From a virus (taxonomy: Duplodnaviria; Caudoviricetes), in the IMG/VR virus record IMGVR_UViG_3300012929_000019, positions 1-60,409 of that record: a DNA stretch of 60,409 nt. One strand, given 5' to 3'. Below the pieces are notes generated by a model. That model saw only the letters and a program-made list of their open reading frames with translations. It was not told the origin of the DNA and did no database searches. Each line of letters begins with the position of its first letter. Within the stretch, counting starts at the first letter, position 1. The position numbers and the translations under genes are program-made. Below, one piece after another: positions 1 through 8,795 of this stretch.

Positions 1-525
1 ACCCCCCGTCCCCCCCGCCGCTACCGTCCAGGTGCCTGTCGTTAGGTTAACCGCGTATTGTCCCGTAGCGGGCGTCCCCGTGACGAGCTTTAAGGCTAGG
101 CCCTGTTTGTTCGCCGCTGCCCCAGGACCGTACACCACGCCCAAATCCAGATCAAAGGTCCCAAGAGTATGATTCACAAATTGATAGGTCTGGGTCGAGG
201 GCGAACCGTTCTCAGCGTTGACCGCCTGAATAGCACCCACCGTGGTCGGGGTCGCAAGGCCCGTGAGGCCGGGTCCAAAGAAAAACGTATTCCACATCTC
301 GGCCGAGAAGGCGCCCATCTTCGACTTTCCCGTGAACTTCGCGGGGCCCCGGCCCGTTGCGACGGGAAACTGGAACTGCCCATACAGCTCCTTGTTGGAT
401 GCCGAGATATCATAGGTCGTATCTTGCAGCGTCCCCAAGAGCACCGGGGTCAGATTCGTGCCCGACAAGGGGATCCCGTAGAGATATCCCGAACCAAATG
501 AAAATTGTTGACCGCCTGCCGACAT
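1..525 (-). CDS. Major tail (tube) protein, 5' part; runs off the window edge
   Basis: Not in the ORF track because it has no stop in the window. ATG at 525 with GGAGA RBS reads MSAGGQQFSFGSGYLYG...LGTLQDTTYDISASNKELYGQFQFPVATGRGPAKFTGK, resembling siphovirus tail tube N-termini. Lies right after the tail terminator gene. Confidence 0.75.
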   Translation of the reverse strand, partial: MSAGGQQFSFGSGYLYGIPLSGTNLTPVLLGTLQDTTYDISASNKELYGQFQFPVATGRGPAKFTGKSKMGAFSAEMWNTFFFGPGLTGLATPTTVGAIQAVNAENGSPSTQTYQFVNHTLGTFDLDLGVVYGPGAAANKQGLALKLVTGTPATGQYAVNLTTGTWTVAAGGTGG

Positions 526-545
526 GATCTTCTCCTAATACCGTT

Positions 546-1004
546 TTACGCCACCACCATCACTTCGACGGGCATGCGCGCGACCGTTTGTGATTGGTTC
601 AAGAATCCACCCGAAATATCCGCCGAGCCCTGCAATGCGCAATACACCGCGAGCCCGCCTAAATTATTAACAAACCCATTGTCCGTCCGAATTCCCCCAT
701 TGGGCCCAAGAGGGGATAACACGTTGTCGATCCCATCCATGATCTGCGCGAGGGCCGTGACGCCCTGTGCCACTGAATCAACCCACTTCACGTAGACATA
801 CAAGTCAATCTTGAGTAGCCACTTCGTCGGCAAGCCTCGCTTGTATTCCCCTGTTTCCGTCACGGGGGCGATGTAGATCGCGGGCTGCGCATCGGCAAGG
901 TCCCAGGGCACGAAGCCGCGCGATACCGTCACCACGTTGTACGGCGCAGCCATCAGCGCCGTGAGCTGTGCCAGAAGCTGCGAATAGATCGGATCACGCT
1001 GCAT
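546..1004 (-). CDS. Tail terminator / tail completion protein
   Basis: 152 aa; position between neck genes and tail tube; QPAIYI-type strand motif. Confidence 0.6.
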   Translation of the reverse strand: MQRDPIYSQLLAQLTALMAAPYNVVTVSRGFVPWDLADAQPAIYIAPVTETGEYKRGLPTKWLLKIDLYVYVKWVDSVAQGVTALAQIMDGIDNVLSPLGPNGGIRTDNGFVNNLGGLAVYCALQGSADISGGFLNQSQTVARMPVEVMVVA

Positions 1005-1521
1005 GCATCACGTCCATAATAGAAGCTCGCAGCGCCTCCGTGATGACCGCCTTATGCTCCTGCAACGAGGGCCTCAGGAACGCTCGTTGCGGATACGTCG
1101 CGGTATGTGCTTTTACGATGCCCGTCGTTTTTGATTTCACGGCCGCGCGCACCTTTCCCGTTTTAGTGAGCAATCGCACCCGCTCACCCTCGGCCCCGAA
1201 GCCCGTGCGCCGCGTATGCTCTCGTATCTGAAACGTTCCGCCCATCTCATGCACGTAGGCGTAGGGGATTCCTTTCGTTCCTACGTGCCCCACGATCACG
1301 GCGCCCGTCGTCTCTGCCGATCCTGTCACTGCGCGCGACAGGGCGCCCGTGCGACGGTGAAGCGGATCGCCCGACAACTTAGACGCTCGCACGTAGTCCG
1401 CGAGCCGCGTCATTTCCGTTTGCATCGTATGGACCAGGACCTGCGCGATAACGCCCGATAGCCGCCGGTACTTCGCCACGAGCTCCTCATGACCTAATAC
1501 ATGGACTTCCACGATCGCCAT
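994..1521 (-). CDS. Neck / tail completion protein (HK97 gp10-like)
   Basis: RTGALSR...VGT..IPYAYVHEMGG...PQRAFLRPSL motifs typical of gp10-like morphogenesis proteins. Confidence 0.75.
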   Translation of the reverse strand: MAIVEVHVLGHEELVAKYRRLSGVIAQVLVHTMQTEMTRLADYVRASKLSGDPLHRRTGALSRAVTGSAETTGAVIVGHVGTKGIPYAYVHEMGGTFQIREHTRRTGFGAEGERVRLLTKTGKVRAAVKSKTTGIVKAHTATYPQRAFLRPSLQEHKAVITEALRASIMDVMHAA

Positions 1522-2150
1522 CAGCCGTAACCTAAGAACGGAATATTGTTGATGAAGGGCTTGAGCATCGCTTGCACGCGGTTACTCATCCCTAGCTCTC
1601 CACCCATATCGTAGGACACGTTCTCGCCTAAAATGGACGTGCTCTTACGCCCCAGCCAGGTGGGGGAGCGAAGGATCTCAGCACAAAACTGATTCGCCGC
1701 TTGCTGCAACGGAAACGGAACTCTACCCTGCGGATACCCTGCACTGTAAGTCACCGTGATGGGGAAAGAGCGGTAGAGGTAACGAAATTTCAAAATTCGT
1801 GACTCATAATCCTCCTGCAAGAACGCTCCGGCGGCATTATTCTGAAGTTGCATCTCAGACAAGATCGGAATGGTAGCACCCTTCATCATGACCTGCGTGA
1901 GGACAACGACGGGCCAATGGCGTAGTACCACATCAAAATTAGGCTGCGGGGTCATGCTGCCCGAGCCCGTGCCGCCTCCGAAATAATTCTCCGTGTAGGG
2001 GAGCACGGCCCCTAAGTTCTCACGCGCGCAAAAACGCCCGATGAGTTCAGACGCGACCGGGATCAGCGCACCGATCTCCGCGTCATCTGCGGTCGCCGTG
2101 ATCGACATCCAGGCTTTTACGGAGACGATGGTGGTGAGGGGATCGTACAC
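1521..2150 (-). CDS. Head-tail connector (adaptor) protein
   Basis: VKAWM.I....DDAEI..LI..ASE.I..FC.R and ITVTYSAGY...VPFPLQQA motifs of gp6/gp15-like adaptors. Confidence 0.8.
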   Translation of the reverse strand: MYDPLTTIVSVKAWMSITATADDAEIGALIPVASELIGRFCARENLGAVLPYTENYFGGGTGSGSMTPQPNFDVVLRHWPVVVLTQVMMKGATIPILSEMQLQNNAAGAFLQEDYESRILKFRYLYRSFPITVTYSAGYPQGRVPFPLQQAANQFCAEILRSPTWLGRKSTSILGENVSYDMGGELGMSNRVQAMLKPFINNIPFLGYG

Positions 2151-2154
2151 TCAC

Positions 2155-2574
2155 TCACCTTTTAGGAATACCCAAGGGCGGAGTCTTCGTGGCGTTGCCC
2201 GCAACGAGGGCCGCGAGCTGCTTTTCCTGCTCGTCCTTCTCAGCCTTTTTCGCCAGCGCGACTTTCAGCGCTTCATCGTCTCGCGCCTTCTGCTGTGTCT
2301 TGAATAGATCAAGCGCCTTGCGCTGAGCGGCTTGGGTGACGAGCAGCGCCTCGAGCTGGGCTTTGGCATGTGCCACCGCGGTGTCCGCTACCTGCAAATT
2401 GGCTTGAAGTTGATTGAGTCCCGGCTGCACGGTCGCGCCGTGCACACTCGTCAGTTCGGTCACGGCCTCTTGCGGAACCTCAAAGGCCCCCGTGTCATCG
2501 ATCTTGTAATTGACACCGCCGATCGACAGTTCGACGTGCCCGGGGGGCATCACGATACGTTGCGTAATTGACAT
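2155..2574 (-). CDS. Hypothetical virion-region protein with C-terminal coiled coil
   Basis: 139-aa ORF with AAGGA RBS, co-oriented in the late operon. Confidence 0.6.
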   Translation of the reverse strand: MSITQRIVMPPGHVELSIGGVNYKIDDTGAFEVPQEAVTELTSVHGATVQPGLNQLQANLQVADTAVAHAKAQLEALLVTQAAQRKALDLFKTQQKARDDEALKVALAKKAEKDEQEKQLAALVAGNATKTPPLGIPKR

Positions 2575-2598
2575 GGAATAGATTTCCTTTATGCGTTT

Positions 2599-2626
2599 AA
2601 AAAAGGGGCCTCAGTGCGCAAGCCCC
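2599..2626 (-). terminator. Rho-independent terminator ending the capsid transcript
   Basis: Minus strand GGGGCTT-gcgcactg-AGGCCCC followed by TTTTTT. Confidence 0.75.
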
Positions 2627-2638
2627 GAACATCTCACA

Positions 2639-3493
2639 TCACACACTCACATCACTCTGTACACGAGACCAACGCGCCTTTGCGGCTGCACTCATGCGCG
2701 CGATGGTCTCAGAAGAATTTTTACGACCTACGGGGTCGGCGGCACGGCGGGCGGCTGACCAGGGGCGACCTCGCGTAGTCCTAGATTGCTTTTTGCGAGA
2801 GGTGAGGGTACGTTCATGGCCTTTTTTCGCAGCAGATATCTTAGACCGCGTCTCCATAGACATTTCACCTTGCTGCTCCCATCGTTTTGCTGCGGCTACA
2901 CGCATCTTGATACGTGTAGCTTTTGTTGGCCGTGCTCGTTTCTGTTGCCCCGCCCGCATATTTGCTCGTGTTTGTTCCGATGTGCCACGTGCTTTTCGTA
3001 TTGCCCATGCGGCACGCATTTTGGCACGAGTTTCCTCGGATGGATTGGTCTTTCCTATTGATACCTTATTTTTCGCTTGTTTGCTATGCTTCCTGCCTTT
3101 GAACGATGGCTGCCAATCAGGATCTTTTTTGCGAGCATTCCACACATCTCGTAATTTCTGTTTTGTTTTCTCCGTGTACTTGATCCCTAACGTAGATCCT
3201 GCGACAGGACACAAATTAAAACCATTCGGCTCCATCGATTGTCCCGCGTCAATCCATGCTTGCTCACGCGCGAGCAATTGCGTCACATCCTTTACGATCT
3301 CCTCTATCGCAAACTTAAAGGCTTTGGGGCCATACATATTCCAGGCGCGTTGCAAATGGATATTCGGATGCACTCCTCTACAAAGCTGTTGTCGATGCTC
3401 TTTCATTCGTTTGAGAGCACGAGCGGACGAGCCGTAATAGGCTCGCCCACTCGCAACATGCACAATCGAATAAATGGCTGAAATCTTCAACAT
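2639..3493 (-). CDS. Free-standing GIY-YIG homing endonuclease with NUMOD3-type repeats
   Basis: AIYSI...RAYYGSS...RMKEH...H.N.HLQRAWN.YG..AF.F.I.E...REQ.WID....GFN catalytic domain, followed by repeated HS.E.K.K(M/I)S/R basic motifs. Confidence 0.9.
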   Translation of the reverse strand: MLKISAIYSIVHVASGRAYYGSSARALKRMKEHRQQLCRGVHPNIHLQRAWNMYGPKAFKFAIEEIVKDVTQLLAREQAWIDAGQSMEPNGFNLCPVAGSTLGIKYTEKTKQKLRDVWNARKKDPDWQPSFKGRKHSKQAKNKVSIGKTNPSEETRAKMRAAWAIRKARGTSEQTRANMRAGQQKRARPTKATRIKMRVAAAKRWEQQGEMSMETRSKISAAKKGHERTLTSRKKQSRTTRGRPWSAARRAADPVGRKNSSETIARMSAAAKARWSRVQSDVSV

Positions 3494-3501
3494 CTACTCT
3501 C

Positions 3502-5115
3502 TTACCCGTTACCAATTCCACTCAAAACAGAGAACGCAGGAGGGAAAAAATTCTGCAGCACGCTGTGAAGGTAAACTCCATATTCGTATTTCCTAGTGCG
3601 CAGCGGCCACTCAATCTGGTAATAATCCCTCAACACACGATATTGCAGCACGTTGCTCACGTTCGAGAGCGGATAGGGCAACACATCCGTGTAAAACAAA
3701 ATCGTACCAGCCGGCATGTTCGGATGCAGATGGATCGGAATATCCTTTGCTCCGCTCATCGTGTACTTGTTCAAGTAGCTCTTGACCATGTACCCGCCCG
3801 CCATTACGCCCTGCTCCACGTTGAACACGAACCGCGCGTTGGATGAACCACTCGACGGTCCTGCCGCGATCTTCTTGGAGATGTTCGTCTGCTCCTGAGA
3901 GCTGATGTACATATCCGTCGGGCTCAGGCGATATATATCCCAGAACCATTTAAGGATCGCATCGATCTCGATGATGCCGCCGAGATTATCCGCCGTCAGC
4001 ACGGATGCCGTGTACACGCCTGTCGTCCCATTGACCGCGCCCGTTGCGAGCATCGTCCACGGACCCGGAGCCGCGATCGACCCCAATACGGTGACGTTCG
4101 GTTGATAGGACGAGAGTCCGCACATGGACAAGAGTCCATCAAACGCGTTCGAGTTCTGCGAGGAATCGAACGCCACCGAGGCCGAATTACCCGGGATTTG
4201 CCCCGAGGCTCCGAGCACCGTCTGCGTGCCCGTCGCTGCCGCCGTGATCGAGTAGTAAGGCAGCGTCGTGATCGCCCCTAGGATCTCTCCCCCCGTGCCT
4301 GCGCCCGTCGCCCAGAACCACGCGTAAGCGATCGCGCCCGTCACCGTCGCCACCGATGCGTTGATGATGCCCGTCGCGGTCGCCGCCAAGGTCGCTGCCG
4401 CCGAGGCCTTAGCGCATCCCGCGTTGTAGAGCTGCCCCGTGGTTCCGTCCGCGGTCGTGAACGTGATGATCCCCGGCAAACCCGCCGCTACCGTCGCACG
4501 ACGAAACCCATCAAGAGTCAACGCCACCACGCGCACGGAATACGTGGAGGTATTCGTCAACGATCCTGCGGGGGTCGCTGCCGCCGCTGCCGCGAGTGAC
4601 GGGGTCGGAGTGATCGAGGCCAATGCCACGGTCCCCAAGCCCCCAAGCGTCAGAAGCTCCTCCTCGATCATCACCGCCCAGAGCAGATTACGTACGGACA
4701 AGGCTTTCAGGTCATCAAAGCCCTGCGCCGCAAGGTCCGCACCAAACGTCACGTTGTCCTCAAGACCCGTCTGCTTGTACGCCGCGGTGAAATCGCGCGT
4801 GGTCGTCTGTACGACCGCATTACGGATGCCGTCCGCGATCGCGCCGCCGACCGCCGTAGCGTTCAAGCCCACGATGCCGCGCCAGTTCGCCTGGATGCCG
4901 CCCTTACCCGACGTGCGCGGAATCTTGTTGCGCAGCGGCGTGATGATGGGAACCAACGTCTTCGCACCCAGCTCGAGGTCATAGTAGTTGATGCCCGTGG
5001 TCGCGGAAGCGGGCATGCCCCAGAATCCCGTGGTGTCCTTCTGGAGAAGCGACGGGTTCGCCGCCGCAAAATCCCGCAGTTGGGTGAACAAGTCTTGAAT
5101 ATTATCCATCGACAT
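3502..5115 (-). CDS. Major capsid protein with large Ala/Thr-rich insertion
   Basis: 537 aa; YYDLELGAK.L.P..TPLRN.IPR N-terminus and IHLHP.MPAGTILF...DYYQIEWP C-terminus; follows protease and scaffold. Confidence 0.85.
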   Translation of the reverse strand: MSMDNIQDLFTQLRDFAAANPSLLQKDTTGFWGMPASATTGINYYDLELGAKTLVPIITPLRNKIPRTSGKGGIQANWRGIVGLNATAVGGAIADGIRNAVVQTTTRDFTAAYKQTGLEDNVTFGADLAAQGFDDLKALSVRNLLWAVMIEEELLTLGGLGTVALASITPTPSLAAAAAATPAGSLTNTSTYSVRVVALTLDGFRRATVAAGLPGIITFTTADGTTGQLYNAGCAKASAAATLAATATGIINASVATVTGAIAYAWFWATGAGTGGEILGAITTLPYYSITAAATGTQTVLGASGQIPGNSASVAFDSSQNSNAFDGLLSMCGLSSYQPNVTVLGSIAAPGPWTMLATGAVNGTTGVYTASVLTADNLGGIIEIDAILKWFWDIYRLSPTDMYISSQEQTNISKKIAAGPSSGSSNARFVFNVEQGVMAGGYMVKSYLNKYTMSGAKDIPIHLHPNMPAGTILFYTDVLPYPLSNVSNVLQYRVLRDYYQIEWPLRTRKYEYGVYLHSVLQNFFPPAFSVLSGIGNG

Positions 5116-5134
5116 ATACCTCTTTGAACATTAC

Positions 5135-5183
5135 GCGCGTTAAGCGCAAATTTTGACTCTTTGAAAATTCGCGCCTAACGCGC
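5135..5183 (-). promoter_or_regulatory. 20-bp RNA hairpin in the capsid 5' UTR (possible RNase III or stability element)
   Basis: Minus strand GCGCGTTAGGCGCGAATTTT pairs with AAAATTTGCGCTTAACGCGC; the two non-canonical pairs are G:U on the transcribed strand only. Confidence 0.65.
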
Positions 5184-5196
5184 TTTACTCCGTACA

Positions 5197-7047
5197 TCAC
5201 GTGGTCGGGATGTCCGTCGAACTCAACCTAAACGCCCCATTCGCATGAATCGCCTTGATCAACGTCGCGGTGTCGTTGTCGCCCACCATACGACCCGTGG
5301 GTTGATTGGTCATGGGATCAAGTTCCTGACGCCATTGCGACAAGGGCCCAGCAGTCGCCGGCTTTACGCTCTTGCGTAGTGCGTCGAGATCAACGTTTTG
5401 CAGCTTGCCTACATTACCCTCTTTTCCAACCTGCATCAGGTTCGGAGCCACGCGCGGAATAGTCACTTCGGCCCCCTTGTTTGCCCCTTGCACGGCCGTG
5501 ATGATCGCGGGCATCGCTGCCGCCATCGCGGTCGCTACTGCCTTCGCAAGATCCTCGATGTCAATGCCCTTATTCGCCCAATTGCCTTTGGTAGTGGACC
5601 CGCTCTTCTTCGCCTTCATCTTCGGAGGAGGCGCGTCGTCCTCATCGTTATCATCCTGCCCAAACATTTCATCCTCGTCATCGTCTTCATCCTCATCGTC
5701 GTCCTCATCAGCGCGCGCCTTTTTCTTGCGCGCCATCTCCATCGCATCCTCGTCCATACGCGCCTTTTTCTTGCGCGCCTTGTCAGCCGCTCCATACTCC
5801 GCGGCATGGGTGTCCTTGTTCTCGTCCGTCGTCGAGTTGTCAGAGTTAAGCCCAGGCTTAGGGGCCGTCACGGCAGCACCGCGCTTATTGCCCTCCGCCG
5901 TAATAGTATCCGCCTTCTTTACCTCAGCCATCTTCTCTACTCCTACTTGTGGATCAACAGAATTACCATCTTTGTCATGCGGGCTACCGCACGACGCGCC
6001 CAGCTCACACGACGCGTCGTGCACGAGCTGAATTTTTTTCAAATCCTCGGCGCTGTTACGCGCGCCCCGTTTCATCAAGTTCTCGCCCGCGAACAACGAC
6101 GCCCTGAGCGCCTTCGCAAACTCCGATACGTCCGCGCAATAGAGCCCCGGGTAAATGGATGGTGACGGTTGTAAACTCGCTCCGTTCACATCAGCCATAA
6201 ACATGTCGCGAATCACGCCCTCCGCGGTCTTACCTTCCTTCACCTCTTCGGATTCCTCCGCCGCCATCGTCGAAAGCACTGAGAGCAAATTCGCCGCCGC
6301 ATCCCGTAGCTCATCAGGCACGGTTGAGGCATCGCCCTCGATCTTGCGCTCAACCTGCGCCGCGTTGCAGATCCCGTGGAGCTGCTGGATCACGGACGCG
6401 AGAGACGCTACATCATAGATGCCCTTGATCAGCTCGGAACCTTTCAGCTCAGCCTCATGATCATCAAAGAACTTCGCGAGCTGCGACTCATCAAGGGCCA
6501 AAATCCCCTGAGCCTTGTTCGCATAGAGCGCGGCGAGTTGTCGATTTGCATCGCCCTCGGCATCATGGGTTCCGTATACGTGGCCATCCGTATCAACGAC
6601 TTTCCATTTTCCATCCGCCTTCACTTTGTGGGGACGATGGATTTTATTCATATCTCGTTTCCCATAGCTCTCCGAATCATTGGGATCTTCATCAAACGCA
6701 TCATCCGCATTCGGGTCCTGCGCGCGCGACTTCATCTTAGGCGACGTTTTCTTAGCCTTACCTCTCTTCGCCGACAGCTCATCGTCCTGAGACCCATCCT
6801 GTGATGCACCATCATTATGATCATTCGTGTCTTCATGATCGCAGGCTACCGTTCCTCCGTTCTCATCCTCGCAATCCCATTCGGCGGGCTGTCCCTCATC
6901 CGTGTTAGGCGGCTGCGATTGATGCTCGGAGGGTTTACCGCGTGCGGGCTTCTTGGCCTTTTTCTTTGTGCCCTCTTGATCATAATCCTGAATGCCGGTC
7001 GTTGCCGTCGCAGGCATCGTGAATTCCTTCTGCATGACTGCACTCAT
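5197..7047 (-). CDS. Capsid scaffold / head assembly protein (acidic, largely disordered)
   Basis: 616 aa between protease and capsid; D/E and K runs; GTHD....ANRQLAALYAN and GARNS..D...IQ.VHD....LGA.C motifs recalled from prohead-associated proteins. Confidence 0.6.
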   Translation of the reverse strand: MSAVMQKEFTMPATATTGIQDYDQEGTKKKAKKPARGKPSEHQSQPPNTDEGQPAEWDCEDENGGTVACDHEDTNDHNDGASQDGSQDDELSAKRGKAKKTSPKMKSRAQDPNADDAFDEDPNDSESYGKRDMNKIHRPHKVKADGKWKVVDTDGHVYGTHDAEGDANRQLAALYANKAQGILALDESQLAKFFDDHEAELKGSELIKGIYDVASLASVIQQLHGICNAAQVERKIEGDASTVPDELRDAAANLLSVLSTMAAEESEEVKEGKTAEGVIRDMFMADVNGASLQPSPSIYPGLYCADVSEFAKALRASLFAGENLMKRGARNSAEDLKKIQLVHDASCELGASCGSPHDKDGNSVDPQVGVEKMAEVKKADTITAEGNKRGAAVTAPKPGLNSDNSTTDENKDTHAAEYGAADKARKKKARMDEDAMEMARKKKARADEDDDEDEDDDEDEMFGQDDNDEDDAPPPKMKAKKSGSTTKGNWANKGIDIEDLAKAVATAMAAAMPAIITAVQGANKGAEVTIPRVAPNLMQVGKEGNVGKLQNVDLDALRKSVKPATAGPLSQWRQELDPMTNQPTGRMVGDNDTATLIKAIHANGAFRLSSTDIPTT

Positions 7048-7982
7048 GACTTTTCACCAAATGCAATGTGGTAATTAACTTGGTTCGTTTTTGAGCTCAC
7101 AGAGTTTGCATGATCAGACATCGTTTTGGCATGGGCACTCAATTGTGCTGCCTTATTGTCACCACTTCTAATTGCATTGGAGGCATCCCGATGAGCACGG
7201 GCCGCAGCCTCATGCGCATCCGATGATGTCTTAGCACTCGGGTTCTTCGTGTAAGCGTGCGCGTTTGCCATGTTATCGGCTATATGATCATGAGCACTAG
7301 CCACTCTAAAATGAGCGGCAGATTCTTGTGTAACTGGACCCTTTCCGGCTCCTGAATGGGGCCCACTTCCCGGACCACCCTTGAACAACACTTTCCCATC
7401 AACAAGCTCGAACACGGGCCGCCCAATTAACGTAGTGGTTACCTTCCCCTCACCATACCGTAAGGGTATCGCTTTTCCTGTAACAAATTCCTTCTCGACA
7501 ATCGAGCCATCACGTTTATGGATCGAAAAAAACTTTGCGGTCGGAATGCACGGCCGATCGACGATCGAAATCTCAGAAGGCACCGCGGTATAGCGCGTCA
7601 CCATCTTACCGTTGATCGGCTCCGACCACTTGCGGGCATAACGACCGCCTATGGAAAACCCCGTATGCACGCCCTCCATCACCTTATCCCATTCGTTGTT
7701 GTCAACGATCTTGGCGGCGACGTCGATCGCCTTCTCATTGTCTAAGAAATCGATCTCCGTGAGCTTGCCCGCCGCGATGTTACCATGCATCGAGCGCACA
7801 TTGCCGTGGCTCTTGCCCTGCGTATCCGCGAACACCTCAGCACTCCATTTCTGGAACTCAGGTTTGCTGCTCGCATAATCGAACAATTCGTTATCCCGGT
7901 CCACGACCTCTTGCGCCGCGCGCCCGTAAACAGTACGCGTTGCCTCGTCCACCTTGTAGATGCGCGCAAAGATAGGTTGCAT
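7044..7982 (-). CDS. Prohead maturation protease (HK97/XkdF-like) with C-terminal extension
   Basis: KVDE..RTVYG......VDRDNE, NVRSMH, TGFSIGG, EISIVDRPC.PTA.F motifs. Confidence 0.85.
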   Translation of the reverse strand: MQPIFARIYKVDEATRTVYGRAAQEVVDRDNELFDYASSKPEFQKWSAEVFADTQGKSHGNVRSMHGNIAAGKLTEIDFLDNEKAIDVAAKIVDNNEWDKVMEGVHTGFSIGGRYARKWSEPINGKMVTRYTAVPSEISIVDRPCIPTAKFFSIHKRDGSIVEKEFVTGKAIPLRYGEGKVTTTLIGRPVFELVDGKVLFKGGPGSGPHSGAGKGPVTQESAAHFRVASAHDHIADNMANAHAYTKNPSAKTSSDAHEAAARAHRDASNAIRSGDNKAAQLSAHAKTMSDHANSVSSKTNQVNYHIAFGEKS

Positions 7983-8034
7983 TAGGAGTTCTTCCTCACC
8001 TTAACAGTATATGTTGATCCCAAAAGTGACCACC

Positions 8035-8793
8035 TCATACCAAGGGCTCCTGATGAACGCGCTCTTCGACCCACCCCTTGAACTGCGCCCAGCTCAACTT
8101 CGTTACGCGCCCCAGCTTCCATCCTTTTTGGTAGCTACCGAGATACGCGGCTATGGCCTTTTGTCGTGAATACCAACCTACGAGGCACTTGTGCTCGTCG
8201 AAGGAACCATCTGGCTTCACCTGGTCAACCACGTACACGGGCCCGTGGTAAAGGTCGTCCGTGCCGATCGCCACAAACACGTCGATCTGCTCGCCATCGT
8301 TGCCGGTCGTCAACTTTACATAGCCGTAATGGGCCTTCATCGTTTCCCATTCCGGACGCCGGCGCGTGCCCGCGGGGTTCTCGATCGAGATGTCAAGGCC
8401 TCCAACGTTTATGTGACCGTGGACGTAATTACCCGCGTGCTTCTGCGGGTCCGTGGGCGCCGGCGTGTCATTAAGGTGCGAGGTCGCGGCCTCATGAGCT
8501 CGCGCGTCGACGGCTCTCTTCTTGACCCACCCCTTCGGCGGCCCGTGGAGCACGAGATCAGCGAAGACGCGCGCGAACTCCTCGACCGGATCGATGACGT
8601 AATCGCCCACCCACTCATCATCGTGGATAAGTCCCTTGGCGACCGCGGCCTGGTAGACGGGCAGTACGCGAAACGCAGCTAGCTTGTCGAGCGGCACCAC
8701 CTTAAAGAACTCCGCCGACTTATACGGCGGCAGGTCCCACGCCTGCTTGATCCAGTCCGCGTTCTCAAGGCTCTCATCGAGGTCGTAGATCAT
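8035..8793 (-). CDS. InPase (inorganic pyrophosphatase-like) domain protein of the polyvalent-protein type
   Basis: AGNY..GH....GL.ISIENP.G..R, HYGY...T.G.DG..IDVFV, VYVVDQ....G.FDEHK...G....A..AYL..Y..GW. Confidence 0.8.
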   Translation of the reverse strand: MIYDLDESLENADWIKQAWDLPPYKSAEFFKVVPLDKLAAFRVLPVYQAAVAKGLIHDDEWVGDYVIDPVEEFARVFADLVLHGPPKGWVKKRAVDARAHEAATSHLNDTPAPTDPQKHAGNYVHGHINVGGLDISIENPAGTRRRPEWETMKAHYGYVKLTTGNDGEQIDVFVAIGTDDLYHGPVYVVDQVKPDGSFDEHKCLVGWYSRQKAIAAYLGSYQKGWKLGRVTKLSWAQFKGWVEERVHQEPLV

Positions 8794-8795
8794 TT

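Noticed and set aside
2694-3437. 247-aa plus-strand ORF opposite the GIY-YIG gene
   Set aside because: No recognisable motifs or RBS; it mirrors the codons of the repetitive basic protein. Unlike 11127-11855 it has no domain signature.
5372-6165. Long plus-strand ORFs (219 and 255 aa) with poly-Ser or hydrophobic runs
   Set aside because: Antisense shadows of the Asp/Glu/Lys-rich scaffold gene
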